A DNA stretch of 64,000 nucleotides from Octopus vulgaris (GCA_951406725.2 OX597815.1:3286001-3350000); one strand, 5' to 3'; shown: positions 26,709 through 43,224, counted from the first letter of the stretch. Numbers and translations are program-made. The notes: a model not told the origin generated them from the sequence alone.

Positions 26709-26835
26709 ACGGACGTCTTTCAGTTTCTCACAAGGCTTTGGTCGGCCCGAAGCTATAGTGGAAGACACTTGCCTAAGGTGCTACACAGTGGGACTGAACC
26801 CAGAACCATGTGGTTGGGAAGCAAGCTTCTTACCA
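26470..26835 (-). mobile_element. SINE B
   Basis: Family blocks. Confidence 0.72.
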
Positions 26836-27687
26836 TACACCCACATATTCATACATACATACATGCATGCGTATACATACCACTAAATAATATACAAACA
26901 TTCAAACATTTCATTCTAACCAAATATGATGATCCCATGAATAACTTTCTTGTGGAATTGCAAGACTATGGAGTTTGTCTTAGATTCTTTGATATTCAAA
27001 ACTAAATAATTAACAAATTAAAACATAACAACCACAATAGCTACATGTGTTCATTGGTTCCAATTACAATCTTCCAAAAGATTATGGCAAGTCTGATTAA
27101 AAAGAACATCATAAACGTAAGAATTGACAAGATTAACAAGAAACACGAGGATTCAAGGTTTGGAACAGAAAGTTTTTCTTTCATTTTTATTATTATACTA
27201 AACTGATTTCTGATCTCCGGGTGGTTTGTAGAGTCTGTAGAAAACCTCACTTCGTCGGCGTTCTCTGATGGTGCAAAGAACAAACACTGCAGATGTATGT
27301 ATGTATGTATGTATGTATGTATGTATGTATGTATGTATGTATGTATGTATGTACGTATTTACGTATTTATATGTGTGTTTGTCTGCCTCTGTGTGTGCGT
27401 GTGTGTGTTGTAGCAGTAATTATATGCATATTATATACTATACATATATTTATTTTAAAAAATTATGTATATATATATATGAATAAATGAAAGAATGGAG
27501 TCGAACGAAGATGTTAACAAAATTCCTTTACTCTCGACACATGTTTCGAAGACAGCATGTTTTCATTCCATGCTGACGATAAACATAGGTTAATTAATCC
27601 ACCAACTTATATATATATATATATATATATATAGATATATAGATATATATATAGATATGTGTGTGTGTGACAATTAGTTGGTTGTCA

Positions 27688-27750
27688 TAATAAAACTCAG
27701 AGTTTCGGATGCCGGGACTGAAGTCTGCTCCGGCATCTCATCAGTTATTA
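27688..27750 (-). ncRNA. type I hammerhead motif
   Basis: TAATAA-CTGATGA-GATGCCGG..CCGGCATC-C-GAAA-CTCTGAG-TT^TTATTA. Confidence 0.72.
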
Positions 27751-27862
27751 AGACAAACTGAGTTATATTATGACAACCATCTTATTGTCACATATTGTAT
27801 TTATAGATAAATTCCTCTATTTACGTAATATCGAGGTCTCTTTCATTCTTTTGTTGTCATAT

Positions 27863-27932
<70 letters not shown>

Positions 27933-29039
27933 TCTTACATACAAACGAGTACGTATACATACATACATACATACATATATATATATATAAATATATATAT
28001 ACACATGCATGTATGTATACATATGTTTATATATGTATATAAAATTACACACGCACACACGCACATATATAAACATATATATACCTATATATATAATTTA
28101 ATATATAAATAGATGTGCATATATGTGTGTGCGTATATATATATATATATATATATATGTGTGCGCACGCGTGTGTGTGTGTCTATGCGTGCATACACAC
28201 TATGTTTATCTGCGTATTGATATAGAAGCAGACTTCATTGTATCTGTTCCATTTATTGTAACGCAATAATAATATATTATAGTTTCTATTTAAACAGGTT
28301 TATTTCCGTCCAACTCGTCTTGCATATCGTTGGGTTCACTCTTAATATGCGGGTAGTTCTACTTATGTATTCATATACAAAAGTGTGTACATATATTTAC
28401 GCACCTTTACATACACAATACATACATATACATAACATATATGATGTATGCATATATGTACAAACATACACACATGCACACCTGTATGTTATATTTGGCG
28501 ATTAATTCTGCTCCCAATGGTGGCATTGTTTATCCACAAATATTTTTATTCACCAAATGCGGTGTTGAGCACTCATTCCTACAGTTCGCCTCTATCGTGT
28601 ATATATATATATATATATACATTGACATGTATATATATATATATATATATATATACATGCTTATACCCAAGAACACATAAATACATACATACACACATAC
28701 ATACATACATACATGCAAACCTACATACAAACATACATACATATATACATACATATATAATCATTAACAAGAGGTTAAGCTATTTTACCTCCTATCACTT
28801 TACAATTATTTGATAATTTTTAATTAATATCAGCTTTTTGTTTTAATTAATTTTTTTAAATATTATTCTACATTTATTTCTATATACATTTTTCAGTGCT
28901 TCCGAGATTGGCGATGGAATCAGAGACCTGGCGTGAGTCTTTGCCACAGAGTGAAATCTTCTGGTCACTTCCACCACCACCACCGCCGCCGCTAAGATGC
29001 CAAGTGGCCGTTTTAAACCGACTCATCGTGTCAGTTACC

Positions 29040-29235
29040 CGGTTCCAATAGCGTATGAGTAACCGAGATCCGAACAATTCCCCCTGAACGGGACTCCAGT
29101 CCTTCGCTAGGTTACGCCTTTGCATTTGATTGAAGTGGACTCCAACAATGGGAAATGAAGTGTTTTGCTCAAGAATGCAATTCACCACCCGTTTCAGCAT
29201 TCGACCTCACAATCTTGCGCTTCGTGTGTCCGCAG
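29040..29235 (-). mobile_element. old tRNA SINE (V-SINE-like core)
   Basis: Reverse strand CTTGAGCAAAACACTT...AGTCCACT...GGACTGGAGTCCCGTTCAGGGG. Confidence 0.5.
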
Positions 29236-29793
29236 TCATTATACACCTATCTTATTTCACTGATCTCAACCTACAACCAGGATTTGAACACTGAACGCAG
29301 TGAGTCGAAACAACCCCCTTAACCTGCTTTATCCAACAGTCTAATGATTCTATCAATTTGCCGCCGATCGACTCTCAAAGTTATGGATCAATCATGAATA
29401 CCTAGCAATGCCTCGTTCATGTTAAATGTTATCTAAGTACATATGAAAACTTTTGAGGACAATGTGTATGGTGTGATGTAACCCTCGAGAGCACCAGGAC
29501 ACAAGCTAACGGACTAACGGCTTCTATACCATCACCAGGATTCCTCTTTCATAAGTAAAATATTTAACTTAATAGATTTACTTCAGGTTATATCATGCTG
29601 ACAATTTCTAATAAGAATGAAATGGTGCTATGCATAATTACCAATAATGAGTGCAAATTTTTTGAGCTTTCTAATAAATAAGCAAATAAAAGAAAATTTA
29701 ATATTTGTATTCTATGCACTTCTTGTTTCTCAATTTTAAAATTCAAACTTATAACATCGCAAAAATATATCTAGAAATGATATCTCCCTTAAC

Positions 29794-29859
<66 letters not shown>

Positions 29860-30203
29860 TATACATATGCCACCAGGGCACACCACTTGTCTCAGTAAAA
29901 CAATTTTCTCTGGTTCTTTATCTAGATATAACAATGCTTCTCAGAAAGAGGGCGCTGTCTTAACCAATTTCACTCAGCGGTTCTTCTATAAGAACCAGTT
30001 GTTTCGCTCGAATCTCACGAAAAAAAAAACTTCTGCATCTTATTTCCAAGCGCTTCAAACTTATTTTCATCGCCACACACACACACACACACACACACAC
30101 GTGTATGAACATATTTGTGTGTTCTATGTCATATATTTACTGATACGTACGTGTGTGTAAATGTTATGTATACACGCCGTATGTCTGTATGTATTTACGC
30201 ATA

Positions 30204-30314
<111 letters not shown>

Positions 30315-30479
30315 GTACATTTATCTATTTATATACATACTTATGTGTGTGCGCGTGTATATGTTGTTGTAATCCTTTCCTCTTTGTGTGTTTGTGTGTT
30401 TGTGTTTGTGTTTGTGTGTGTGTGTGTTTGTCTCTGCTTCAGCATGTGTTAGTCTTAAGTGTTCGATATAATATTCTTC

Positions 30480-32262
<1,783 letters not shown>

Positions 32263-34765
32263 TCAGTGAACATAGCCGTTCGCCATTTGGTATTGCTGTG
32301 CATCGACAATGACACTCGTATAACCTGCCTGGGGAATCATAGGATAGGGGCGTTGCGGCTGAATGGGCGCCGACTGGTATATGCCAGCCTGGGCGTAGCC
32401 GTCGTAGCCGCAGGCGGCTTTCAGGCAAGTGGTGTAGGCGTCCTGTTCGGCGGCAGCGGCCGCGGCAGCCGCCGCCGCCGCCGCCGCTGCCAACGACTTC
32501 TCTTGCAGTGAACGCATGTCCAACAGTTTGTGCGCGTTCACCGACGTTGCCGACGTCACCGACGTTGCTGCTGTTGTTGGCGATGCTGTCGCCGACGCAA
32601 GGACGCCGCCGCCGCCGTTCGGCGTCAGGTTTGGGGCGATGACGCCGCCGTCGGACAGCACCGTTGACACCGTCGGCTGGGCCGTGGCGTCACCAACGCC
32701 AACGACCACCGTCCCAGCCGCCGCCGCCGCCGCTGCGGCAGTAGCAGCAGCTGACCTTTTCAATTCCTCGTGGTGATGATGATGGTGGTGTTGCTGTTGT
32801 TGTTGTTGTTGTTGTTGATGGTGGTGTTGCTGCTGCTGCTGCTGCTGGTGATGTTGTTGGTGCTGCTGTTGTTGTTGTTGGTGTTGTTGCTGTTGTTGCT
32901 GGTGGTGGTGGTGGTGGTGTAGCGTGGTGTTGTTGGTCATCGATGGATGCGATTTAAGGTAGACATGCTGGGACATGTCGTAGTCACCCACGGCCACCAC
33001 CGAAGAGGAAGAGGTGGAGGAAGAAGACGAGGAGGAAGAGGAAGAGGAAGAAGAAGAAGACGATGATGATGATAATGATAATGATAATGTTGCTGACTCT
33101 AATGCGGATGAAGAGGACGCCGATGAAGAGGCTGGGGTTGTCGAGTTGTGATTAGTACTGTTAGTAGTATTAGTATTGTTGTTGCTGTTGTTGTTGTTGT
33201 TGTTGCTAATTATAATATTATGATTACTCGTGCTGTGGTTAGAGATGTTGTTGTTGTTGTTGGTGTTAGTGTTGTTGTTGTTGTTGCTGTTTTGTAAATG
33301 TGAATGCTGTTGTCTGTGTTGGTGGTGTTGTTGGTGTTGTGCTTGGTGATGGTGGTGTGAGTGGAGCTGCTGTTGCTGCTGTTGCTGCTGATGATGATGT
33401 GATTGCTGCTGCTGCTGCTGCTGGTGATGGTGGTGTTGCTGCTGCTGCTGGTTATTATTGTGGTGTTGGTGGTGCTGCTGTTGCTGCTGCTGATGCTGCT
33501 GTTGGCTGTGAGGGTTGCTATTATGGTGCGTGTGGCTGTTGGCCGTACTGCTGCTGCCCCCTGTATTGCCATTGCTGCTACCAACACTATTCCTGCCGCT
33601 AGTCGTATTATTGGCGCTGTTGTTGCCACCACCACTTCTCGGATCTTTACCCACGTGGTACGTTTGATTCGACTGTCTGCGCATGATCACAGACTGATGA
33701 ACCGAGTCCCGCTGGGTGGAAGAGATATTAGGGTTCAGCTGGGCGTTGGCTGAATGCTGTGGGTCCGTGGGCTGCGGTTTGTAACTTTCTTCCTTCACTA
33801 AATGGGAAGCATCCAACAGCGTTTCGTACTTAGAACTTCCGGTTCCGTTAATGGAAGCAGAAACAGAAGAAGAAGAGGAGGAGGAAGAAGAAACAACAGC
33901 GGGAACGACAATGGCGCTAGTTGTTCCGTTGCTGTTGCCCCCTGCTGTGGAGAGTCGGTCAGTTGGTCTGTGAGAATGAAGGGACGTGTGGCGTTTGTCG
34001 AATTCTTCATTCACGACGTCGACTTCAGAGGCAGAAGATTCAGACCGGTTGCTATACGGAGCCGTGTAGCTATTGCTGCCTGTCATGTTGCTAGGTGCGT
34101 TGTAGCTAGAAGAGGCAGCGTCTTGAGAGCTGTTTCCCGAACAGGCGCCAGTCGTCCGATAGTCATACTGTTGAAGAGCTGAAGACGATTGCGAACTGTC
34201 CGTCTGACGGTAGTTCTCGCGCCCAGCTTCATTCTCACCGAGTCCCAACCGTAGAGTTGGGGTTGGATTAGCTTCAAGAATTGGCTGAGTGGAACCCACA
34301 AACCCCTGATAGTTTGAAGTATCCCGGTTAGAATAATAACGTTCTTCGTAAGTCCTGTAAGGGCTAGGGTCGTCGAAATATCTTTGGTGGGCCTGGTACG
34401 GATAGACGCATGCGCTGTCCCTGTACATGCCCATGCTTGCCGGGTGAGAATAGGGTGACGTATAGAGGCTGTTGTAGCGATCCATGCTTTCGTGCGGGTG
34501 TTGGTACATGACGCTTTGGTAACCCTGCACTGGCATCGACATGTCTGGGATATAGTCATAAGTGGTGGTCTGTCTTTCTGAGTAGTCATTGCTGTAGTCA
34601 GAGCCATCGGACAAATGGGGGTAGGGTGATCGACGAGCCTTGATTCGATTACTTCGAACTTTGGCCATGCGGGGGGTGCTGCGTTCACTTGTGGAAGCGT
34701 AGTTTGAGTTGGTGTGGGTTAGCGTTTGTTCCAACTGGATCGGGACATCTTTATTCTTTATGTCA
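32263..34765 (-). CDS. sim: SIM terminal coding exon ([14 protein letters not shown]... to TGA), ~833 aa, low-complexity C-terminus
   Basis: TTTTCAG acceptor at 34766 is in phase with the previous exon and the frame is open for 2.5 kb. Contains the SIM-type NLS-like [15 protein letters not shown] and C-terminal GYTSVIVD. Confidence 0.9.
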
Positions 34766-34793
34766 CTGAAAAATAGGAACGGAAGAAAAAAGT

Positions 34794-34860
<67 letters not shown>

Positions 34861-34897
34861 TTAATAATAATAATATTAATAATAATAATAACAATTT

Positions 34898-35105
34898 CTC
34901 AAACTTAAAGTTGGTGCCCCTATAATGCTCATCAGAAATTTGGTTCCCTCAAAACAATGCAATGGCACACGTTTGATCGTTAAGTCCTTATCTCCCACCG
35001 TAATCTTATATCAATATTTGCCCGAATAATCATCATAATTCAGTGCAATCATTAACAGTACTTTCAAGCAAATCAGCCCCGAGCATCGCCGGGCAATTCT
35101 GCTAG
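34898..35105 (+). mobile_element. Helitron 3' fragment with Pif1 helicase remnant
   Basis: LKLKVGAPIMLIRNLVPSKQCNGTRLIV, then hairpin CCCGAGCATCGCCGGG and CTAG|T. Confidence 0.8.
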
Positions 35106-35112
35106 TTGTATA

Positions 35113-35895
35113 TATTTCTTTACTACCCACAAGGGGCTAAACACAGAGGGGACAAACAAGGACAGACAAACGGATTAAGTCGATTTCATCGACCCCAGTG
35201 CGTAACTGGTACTTAATTTATCGACCCTGAAAGGATGAAAGGCAAAGTCGACCTCGGCGGAATTTGAACTCAGACCGTAAAGACAGACGAAATACCTATT
35301 TCTTTACTACCCACAAGGGGCTAAAATCAGAGGGGACAAACAAGGATAGACAAACGGATTAAGTCGATTACATCGACTCCAGTGCGTAAATGGTACTTAA
35401 TTTATCGATCCCAAAAGGATGAAATGCAAAGTCGACCTCGGCGGAATTTGAACTCAGAACGTAAAAACAGACGAAATACCTATTTCTTTACTACCCACAA
35501 GGGGCTAAAATCAGAGGGGACAAGCAAGGACAGACAAACGGATTAAATCGATTACATCGACTCCAGTGCGTAAATGGTACTTAATTTATCGACCCCAAAA
35601 GGATGAAATGCAAAGTCGACCTCGGCGGAATTTGAACTCAGAACGTAAAAACAGACGAAATACCTATTTCTTTACTGCCCACAAGGGGCTAAAGACAAAG
35701 CGGACATACAAGGACAGACAAACGGATTAAATCGATTACATCGACTCCAGTGCGTAAATGGTACTTATTTAATCGACCCCGAAAGGATGAAAGGCAAAGT
35801 CGACCTCGGTGGAATTTGAACTCAGAACGTAACGGCAGACGAAATGCGGCTACGCATTTCACCCGACGTGCTAACGCTTCTGCCAGCTCGCCGCC
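35113..35895 (-). repeat. tandem array of SINE C, 4 x 184 bp
   Basis: Units start at 35113, 35297, 35481 and 35665. Confidence 0.9.
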
Positions 35896-37409
35896 TTTCC
35901 GAGAGAATATATTGTATACGTAGAAAATATACATTCTTTGTCTTGTTCTTCCCTTTTTATTTTTTCTCAAGTGTGTGTTTTCAATCTCTCTCTTCTTCAC
36001 TTTCTCTCTTCGTATTTTGCTCGCTCTGCACAATATCATTCCATTCCCTTCAGAATCATCGAACAATACGTAGCTTTGTTATCGATGTTGGTGTTGTCGA
36101 TACGATGGGGTTTCGGTGATTCAGTGAACGTCAACTAAAGATCATCGAATACCCCTCCTCCTCCTTCTCCTCTTTCTTCTTATCCTCCTTCTCCTCCTCC
36201 TCCCACCCTTGCTTCTATGACTACGTCACGGAAACAACAAAGAACAAATACAAACGTTGCCGCTTGAAAAGCTTGCTTACTTCTCTAACCAAAGTCAGCC
36301 GAGCTGATGGCGGCGTCAAAGAAGGGAGAGAGAAAGAGAGGCACTGAGAGAGAGAGAGAAAGAGAGGCACTGAGGGAGAGAGAGAAAGAGAGGCACTGAG
36401 AGAGAGAGAGAGAGACAGACAGACAGAGGGAGAGAAAGAGAGATGGGAAAGAGAGGAACCATTTCATGCCTCGTAGTAAGCTAGCTTGAAACACAAATGA
36501 ACCAACTTGGGAGTTTACCGAGAGAAATCCTCAGCCCATCGTTCGTGCCCCAAGGTACCTACATCAGCGACGTTTTGAAAACTTCTTTCTTCATTCTCTT
36601 TCATCATTTCCATGTCTTTTATTTTATTCGATATTTCCTCGTTTATTTATTGTTTATTTTTATATACTTTATTTCCATCCTCCCATCATGGCGGCCTTCA
36701 AAGTCTCCCCACGTCCGTTCCTTTCATTTACTTTCCAATTTTCTCTTTAAGTCTTCATCCATTTACCTTCCTTTTTTTTTCTTCTTCTTTCTGGTTGTCT
36801 TCGGTTTTATTATCATTTATTTTATTTTATTTTACTTTCTTTTATGTTTTATTCCTTGTGACATTTCTTCTAATGGCCTCTTCATGGTCCTGCTTTTCTC
36901 ACCAACTTCTAAAGTCCTCAAACATTCTCTCTTCTTCTTCTTCTTCTTCTCATTCGCTCCTTTTTATTCTTTCTTTCCTTCGTTGTATTTTTTTCTCTTT
37001 CTCGCGCCTTTTTACTCAGATTTCTTTCTTGTAAAAATCTTTCAATTGAAATTAAGTTGCTTCATTAACCGTGAAACATATCCCTGCAATTTTTTCCGGG
37101 GCCAAAACGGATGTGTTTTATTGTTTCGTATTCCTCCCCCTTACTCCCCTTTTTACTTTCCTTCTTCTCACTCTGCATCCTCCTACCATTCTGCATTTAC
37201 CCCTCCCTCCCTCACTCTGTAATCCTTCTCTTCTTTCTCTCTACGTCCACTACATCATTCGCTCTTCTTTCATCCTGGCAGCCATGTTTGCTATGCGTTG
37301 CTGCTGGTTCAGCGCCATTTAATGGCCGTTCAATATGGTGTCTTATACTAAAAGTAACTGGAATTATGTATTATATATGACATATTTCTGAAAGCTGATG
37401 TCGTTTATC

Positions 37410-37808
37410 ATTTACTTGCTTCAATCATTGGATTGCGGCCATGCTTAGGTACCGCCTTGAAAATTTTTTAGTCGAAAGAATCGACCCTAGTGCATTTTTT
37501 AACCTGGTTCTTAATCTATCCGTCTTTTATGTCGAACCGCTAAGTTACAGGGATGTAAACAAACCAACACTGATTATCAACCAGTGGAGGCCGAGAAACA
37601 CAGACACAAAGAGAGACACACACACATACATATAGATACATACAATGGTCTTCTTTCAGTTTCTCTCCACTAAATCCACTCACAAGGCATTGGTTGGTCC
37701 GAGACTATAGTAGAAGGCACTTGCCGAAGAAGCGACGCAGTGGAATTGAACATGGAACCATGTGGTTGGTTGGGAAGCAAATTTCTTACTACAAAGCCAC
37801 GCCTGTGC
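37410..37808 (-). mobile_element. SINE B
   Basis: Family blocks. Confidence 0.72.
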
Positions 37809-37814
37809 GTATAT

Positions 37815-38043
37815 TTATTTCTTTATTGCCTACCGTGGGTTAAACATAGAGGGGACAAACAAGGACAGACAAACGGATTAAGTCGATTATATCGATCCCA
37901 GTGCGTAACTGGTACTTATTTAATCGACCCCGAAAGGATGAAAGGCAAAGTCAACCTCGGCAGAATTTGAACTCAGAATGCAACGGCAGACGAAATGCCG
38001 CTAAGCATTTCGCCCGGTGTGCTAACGGTTCTGCCAGCTCGCC
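37815..38043 (-). mobile_element. SINE C with target-site duplication
   Basis: CGCCTGTGCGTATATT occurs at both ~37800 and ~38040. Confidence 0.8.
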
Positions 38044-38149
38044 TGTGCGTATATTAACAAGGTAATCTTGTCGACCCATTTTGTCCTGTTATTTATTTAT
38101 CTACCTTTTATTTATTATCCATTTTGCAAAGATAAATACAAGACTTTCA

Positions 38150-38400
38150 GCAAATGGTCTGAAGGTCACCTCAGTTTGATAATGTTCATGCTCTCTTGAG
38201 CGTTTGTATGTCAACACATGAGAGCCAAGAGGGGAAACTCCAGAGGGCCGATCGATGTTCGGTGGATGAAGGACTTGCCGTAGGGATTACAGCAGTGGTT
38301 AACGATTTGGACACAATAAGGGAAAGCGAGAAGTGTACTGAGAACGGCTGAGCGGATGTTGCATGAGTGGGACCGGATCCATTGAACAGAGGCCATTATT
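38150..38400 (+). mobile_element. RTE-like LINE 3' remnant
   Basis: Decayed KW..GH...KRG...RW..DL pattern. Confidence 0.35.
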
Positions 38401-38778
38401 GATGCAATAGAAAAGACAGAGAGAGGGGAGGAGGCAGCAGTGATTACAAGACATTCTAGAGACGACAATATAAAGACACTGAAAATGACCAGATAATATA
38501 AATAGAGTAAATGTGGAAATAAAGTAAATAAATAGGACACTAAATGAGAACATTGAATAATCTATATCACATTGTCTCAGTGTCCTATTTATAGGACACC
38601 GAGTATTTCCATGTCTATTTGAAGTAAAGGAGTTTCAATAATTAATTTGCTCATTTTAACCTATTTTCAATCATCTGTAAAAATTTAAAATATTCAGAAA
38701 TTTAAGAACTCTGGACTTAATGGGTTAAGGTAACACCAGAAAATTCTGTAATAATATTTAAAGAATTTCGCTGCTCTC

Positions 38779-39170
38779 TTTACTCTTTTTACTCTTTTAC
38801 TTGTTTCAGTCATTTGACTGCGGCCATGCTGGAGCACCGCCTTTAGTCGAGCAAATCGATCCCGGGACTTATTCTTTGTAAGCCTAGTACTTATTCTATC
38901 GGTCTCTTTTGCCGAACCGCTAAGTGACGGGGACGTAAACACAAGCAATGCCAGGGAGACAAACACAGACACACAAACACACACATATACATATACATAC
39001 ATATATACGACAGGCTTCTTTCAGTTTCCGTCTACCAAATCCACTCACAAGGCATTGGTCGGCCCGGGGCTATAGCAGAAGACACTTGCCCAAGGTGCCA
39101 CGCAGTGGGACTGAACCCGAAACCATGTGGTTGGTTAGCAAGCTACTTACCACTCAGCCACTCCTGCGCC
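38779..39170 (-). mobile_element. SINE B
   Basis: Full-length copy. Confidence 0.8.
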
Positions 39171-39972
39171 TATTTGTGATCCATGCTACTTTCTATCGAA
39201 AGTTCATTATTCTTACATTCTGCAAATGGTTTCTACTACAATTTGCTTGTTTGCAATATATAAAAATACTGTTTCTTAGTTATCAATTTTTATTCTATTT
39301 TTATCCCACTTCCCTTATTAGAATACAAATGAATAGAAATTGAGGGAAAGTATTACTCTGACTTATATATTGTATTCTCACAGACATCTCGTTATTTCTC
39401 GTGTGAAATCATTTGTAATTTAACACAATTTTTTCGTCATGTTTCTTTTCAAGATTCATTTTGTATTTCATACTTTAGTTTTCTTTTGTAATTTTTACTT
39501 CCTTTTTTTCCCTTTCATATAATTCTATTTTTCTATTCCTTATTCTTTATGTTTTCATTTCTTTAACTACAGCAGTCAAAAAATATAAATTCCATTTTAT
39601 GAATACAAAGACACCAGTGCTTTCCTAAGGCCTCCGTTGGTCAAGGTTATCTGCCGCTGGACAGACTCTCTGGTTATTTGGAAAGTGATTGTAAAACTAG
39701 GCCAACAGAAGGACCCATAGTGTCTGGCTTTCATGTGAACCTTTTTATTTGTTATAAAGCAATACATGAGTCCCAGTAACATAAAGGGAGCCAGCTTCAT
39801 AAACAGAGAGTGAAGTACAGACAGACAAATAGGTGGACAGATAGACAGAAAGATAGGTAGACACGTAAATATACAGAAAGATAGACGGACGGAAAGATAA
39901 AATAGAGAGAGAGAGAGACATACATACAGACAGGCAGCTAGATAGACCGACAGAAAAATAAGATAGATAGAC

Positions 39973-40092
<120 letters not shown>

Positions 40093-40543
40093 GGATGGAT
40101 GGATGGATGGATGGATGGATGGATGGATAGATAGAGATAGAGAGGTTGACAAGTAGGAAGCCTGGCAGGAAGTAGATATAGTAAAAGTCTCGGGTCCTTC
40201 GATTACACAGTTGTCTTCATGTCTTGCTTTGCTTCTAAAAGTTTAAACAAGTCTACAATCGATCCCCTTAGAAAATAACTGGAGAGTATTTTTGCGGCGA
40301 GTAAAGACAGACTGTAAGGAGATTAATGAAGAATACAGCCACGACAATGAGATATGATAAGAGCGATATGTTTGGGAAATAGAAAAAGTTAAAAGAAATG
40401 AAAACTAGAAACAGAGGAAAATGGCGGAAAACGGAAATGAAAACATTTGTAAATATAAAGACAATGACGAAGCAAACAGACTTGCTATAATGGAGGGCGA
40501 GTTTTTGTGTGTTTGTATGTGTGTTTGTGTGTGTGTGTGTGTG

Positions 40544-40580
<37 letters not shown>

Positions 40581-40681
40581 TGAGTATGAAGACATGTGTG
40601 TAGGTATGTTTCAATGCATATACATAAAGATATGAATACATGTATGTATTCTCATATATATATATATCTGTGTGTGTATAT

Positions 40682-40766
<85 letters not shown>

Positions 40767-41253
40767 TATAAACCTATATGTATATACAAATACATATATA
40801 CATACACACAGAACTATATATACATATATATATGTATGGATGTATGTATTTATGTATATATGTATGTACATATATTTCTATACATGTATATGCAAACATA
40901 TATATATACGTTATATATATATATTATATATATATATATATGTGTTCATATATAGGTATATACATATATAAACATATACGCACACACAAATATATATATA
41001 TATATGTGTGTGTACATACACATATATATGCATACACACATATATATGCGAGTGTGCGTACGTATATGTGTGTTTGTGCGTAAGTACACGCGTTTGTGTA
41101 CAAAACATGTTAAGCTGTTATTCGTACACAAACACATATATTATATATGTATATGCACATACATACATACATACATATATATAATTTCGTATTATATTTC
41201 TCGTAACTGCTATACATACAGCAACACACGTATGCATATACATACACAGGTAT

Positions 41254-41320
<67 letters not shown>

Positions 41321-42069
41321 GTATGTATTTATATATATATATATATATATACGTGTATGTATATGTGAGGGGTCTGTGTGTGTGTGCGCACGCGTGAGTA
41401 CGCGCGCGCACGCGTGAGTATGGGAAAGCGGATGAGAGTGTGGATGTGTTCGAGCAGTGTGTATATGTTTGTGTTGAAGTGTAGAAGTGGTGTGTAGGGG
41501 GGAGGCGAGAAGGGGGATGGAAAAAAAAACTCCTCCACAAAATGCATGACTCAGAACAATAGGGAGTTTGCAGAAACAATACCAGTCGTGACTGACTTGA
41601 TGCTGTTGTTGGTGTTGCTGGTGATGATGATGATGGTATCGATGGTTGTGGTGGAGGTGGAGGTGGAGGTGGTAGTGTTTGTGATTGTGTTAGATGATGG
41701 TATTGGTTATGGTGTTGCTGGTGGTGGTGGTGGTGGTGGTGGGGGTCAATCGTAATGATGGTGGTGCGGGTGGTCATGCTAGTGCTATCGATGGTTGTTA
41801 TGGTGGTGGTGGCGGCGGTGGTTGTGGTGGTGGTGGTGATGTGGAGTCCCTAGTGTGGCCAGTGGCAGCAGCATTGCTTGTACAAATACGCTGGTGGTGG
41901 TAGTGGTGGTGGTGGTGGTGGTGGTGGTGGTGGTGGTGGTGGTGATGGCGGTTTGTTTCGAATGATGTTGGTAATGGTGAAGATGGTGGCGGAAGTGGTG
42001 TCCCCAATGTTAGTAATGGCACTGGTGTTGTAGAGGAGGTGGTGTTGGTGGTGACGTTGCTGAGAATCA

Positions 42070-42080
42070 GTGCTAGCAGT

Positions 42081-42144
<64 letters not shown>

Positions 42145-42173
42145 TTAGTATTAGTATCAGCAGCAGCAGCATC

Positions 42174-42205
<32 letters not shown>

Positions 42206-42224
42206 CAGTAGTAATAGTAGTAGC

Positions 42225-42275
<51 letters not shown>

Positions 42276-42307
42276 CAGCAGCAGTAGTAGTAGTAGTAGT
42301 AGTAGCC

Positions 42308-42344
<37 letters not shown>

Positions 42345-42348
42345 CAGC

Positions 42349-42436
<88 letters not shown>

Positions 42437-42554
42437 TAGCAGCAGCAGCAGTAGTAGTAGTAGCAGTAGTAGTAGTAGTAGCAGTAGTAGTAGTAGCAGC
42501 AGTAGTAGTAGTAGCAGCAGCAGTAGTAGTAGTAGCAGTAGTAGTAGTAGCAGT

Positions 42555-42645
<91 letters not shown>

Positions 42646-42676
42646 CAGCAGCAGCAGTAGTAGTAGTAGTAGTAGT

Positions 42677-42711
<35 letters not shown>

Positions 42712-42721
42712 TAGTAGTAGC

Positions 42722-42808
<87 letters not shown>

Positions 42809-42810
42809 TG
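42070..42810. repeat. (AGT)n/(AGC)n
   Basis: Visible in sequence. Confidence 0.95.
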
Positions 42811-43211
42811 ATAGCATTGGTGTAGCTATTGTTGGTGTGAGGTGATGTGTACTAGTGGTTGCTAGTTACAATATAGTTGTCCTCCTCATTGCTCAGAAAA
42901 TTAAGTAGAATTTTTGGTGGTGACACTGTGCAAAGGGAAAACACCCTGAACTTCCGTTTATTATTTTTAGGGTACCCCCAGAGTTGGGTGGATGAAAGGG
43001 GCGGGATTTATTGTCAAACCTGACACGAATATTTACAACAAAATGAAGTGTACAAAAGACATCCGCAGACCAGTTTATCGGGCAATGGATAAACGCCACT
43101 ACACAGGAAGAATTCATTTTTAACACCAAAGGCTGGAACAAATACGGCAAGGCATTTTGAGCGATCCCTTAGCGATTCTACCCATACACACGAACTCGAA
43201 AGAATGAGAAG

Positions 43212-43224
43212 TATAGACAGACAG

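Noticed and set aside
35113-35895. CRISPR-like array
   Set aside because: Whole units repeat without unique spacers; SINE-derived; eukaryotic context.
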